A stretch of DNA of 63,768 nucleotides, the filler included, from Kipferlia bialata (lineage: Eukaryota), in assembly GCA_003568945.1 (NCBI GenBank). It is 5 parts of 4 records of this genome, joined end to end, with 100 filler letters (N's around TTAATTAATTAA, not from the genome) between each part and the next. Parts side by side here need not be neighbours in the genome. Positions count along the whole stretch, not along the records: positions 61,735 to 63,768 come from BDIP01000082.1; 4 more parts are not named here. One strand, given 5' to 3'. Below the pieces are notes generated by a model. That model ran no database searches, was not told the DNA's origin, and was given only the letters and a program-made list of their open reading frames with translations. Position numbers and translations under genes: made by a program. Within the stretch, counting starts at the first letter, position 1. Each line of letters starts with the position of its first letter. Below, piece after piece: positions 63,310 to 63,768 of this stretch.

Positions 63310-63768
63310 TCTTTCTGACTGTGAGTGGGGTGTATTAGTGTGGACAACGTAGAGAGAGACATATACGGCAATCCCCTGAACATGCCATGTTGGGACATAT
63401 CCAGCCATTATGACACGAGTAAGACGCTCAAGTCTTTCACAGCGTGAAGGTTTCACCCCACTTGGACCTGTGTGTCTGCAACACGGATAACTATATCGAG
63501 TGCATGGGTGTCACTAGCATCCCCAGTGCATTCTGCTTCCCATTGGAGAGTCTCTCAACATCACCTGGCCGTCACCCACGCTTATCGACGCGTACTCATA
63601 CACCCTTGACTGATACATAATTTCTCTCAGGCTGTCAGGTGTGACGGTAGTAGGTGATAGTCAGCTGGTGACTCACTGAGAATTGGCCTGAATACGAATC
63701 GTATTGTCAGACATCATTCTCAGTTTTTTATTACGAGGGGGCGGCCGCCTTGGCTATTTGAAAATAAG

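Overview
Intron-rich eukaryotic genomic DNA in the standard genetic code. It has short GT-AG introns, a branch point almost fused to the acceptor (CTNAC-n2-5-YAG), (TA)n/(GA)n-rich introns and an expanded divergent kelch-like family. This style suggests a free-living fornicate such as Kipferlia (inference only). The window is a concatenation of contigs: four N-TTAATTAATTAA-N linkers, further N gaps, and poly-C/G junctions that truncate genes. Genes recognised by manual splicing are a class-3 aldehyde dehydrogenase with a C-terminal anchor, a SPRY protein, an importin-alpha-like ARM protein, the selenocysteine elongation factor eEFSec, proteasome alpha1 next to Rpt5, DNA polymerase zeta REV3, UDP-GlcNAc pyrophosphorylase and several kelch-like proteins. 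The most striking unexplained signal is pervasive 'splice-junction echoes': introns carry 1-5 partial copies of the adjacent exon end with its splice site, separated by microsatellite filler. These intronic copies differ from the real exon mostly at synonymous positions. Exon boundaries were inferred by eye and are approximate.
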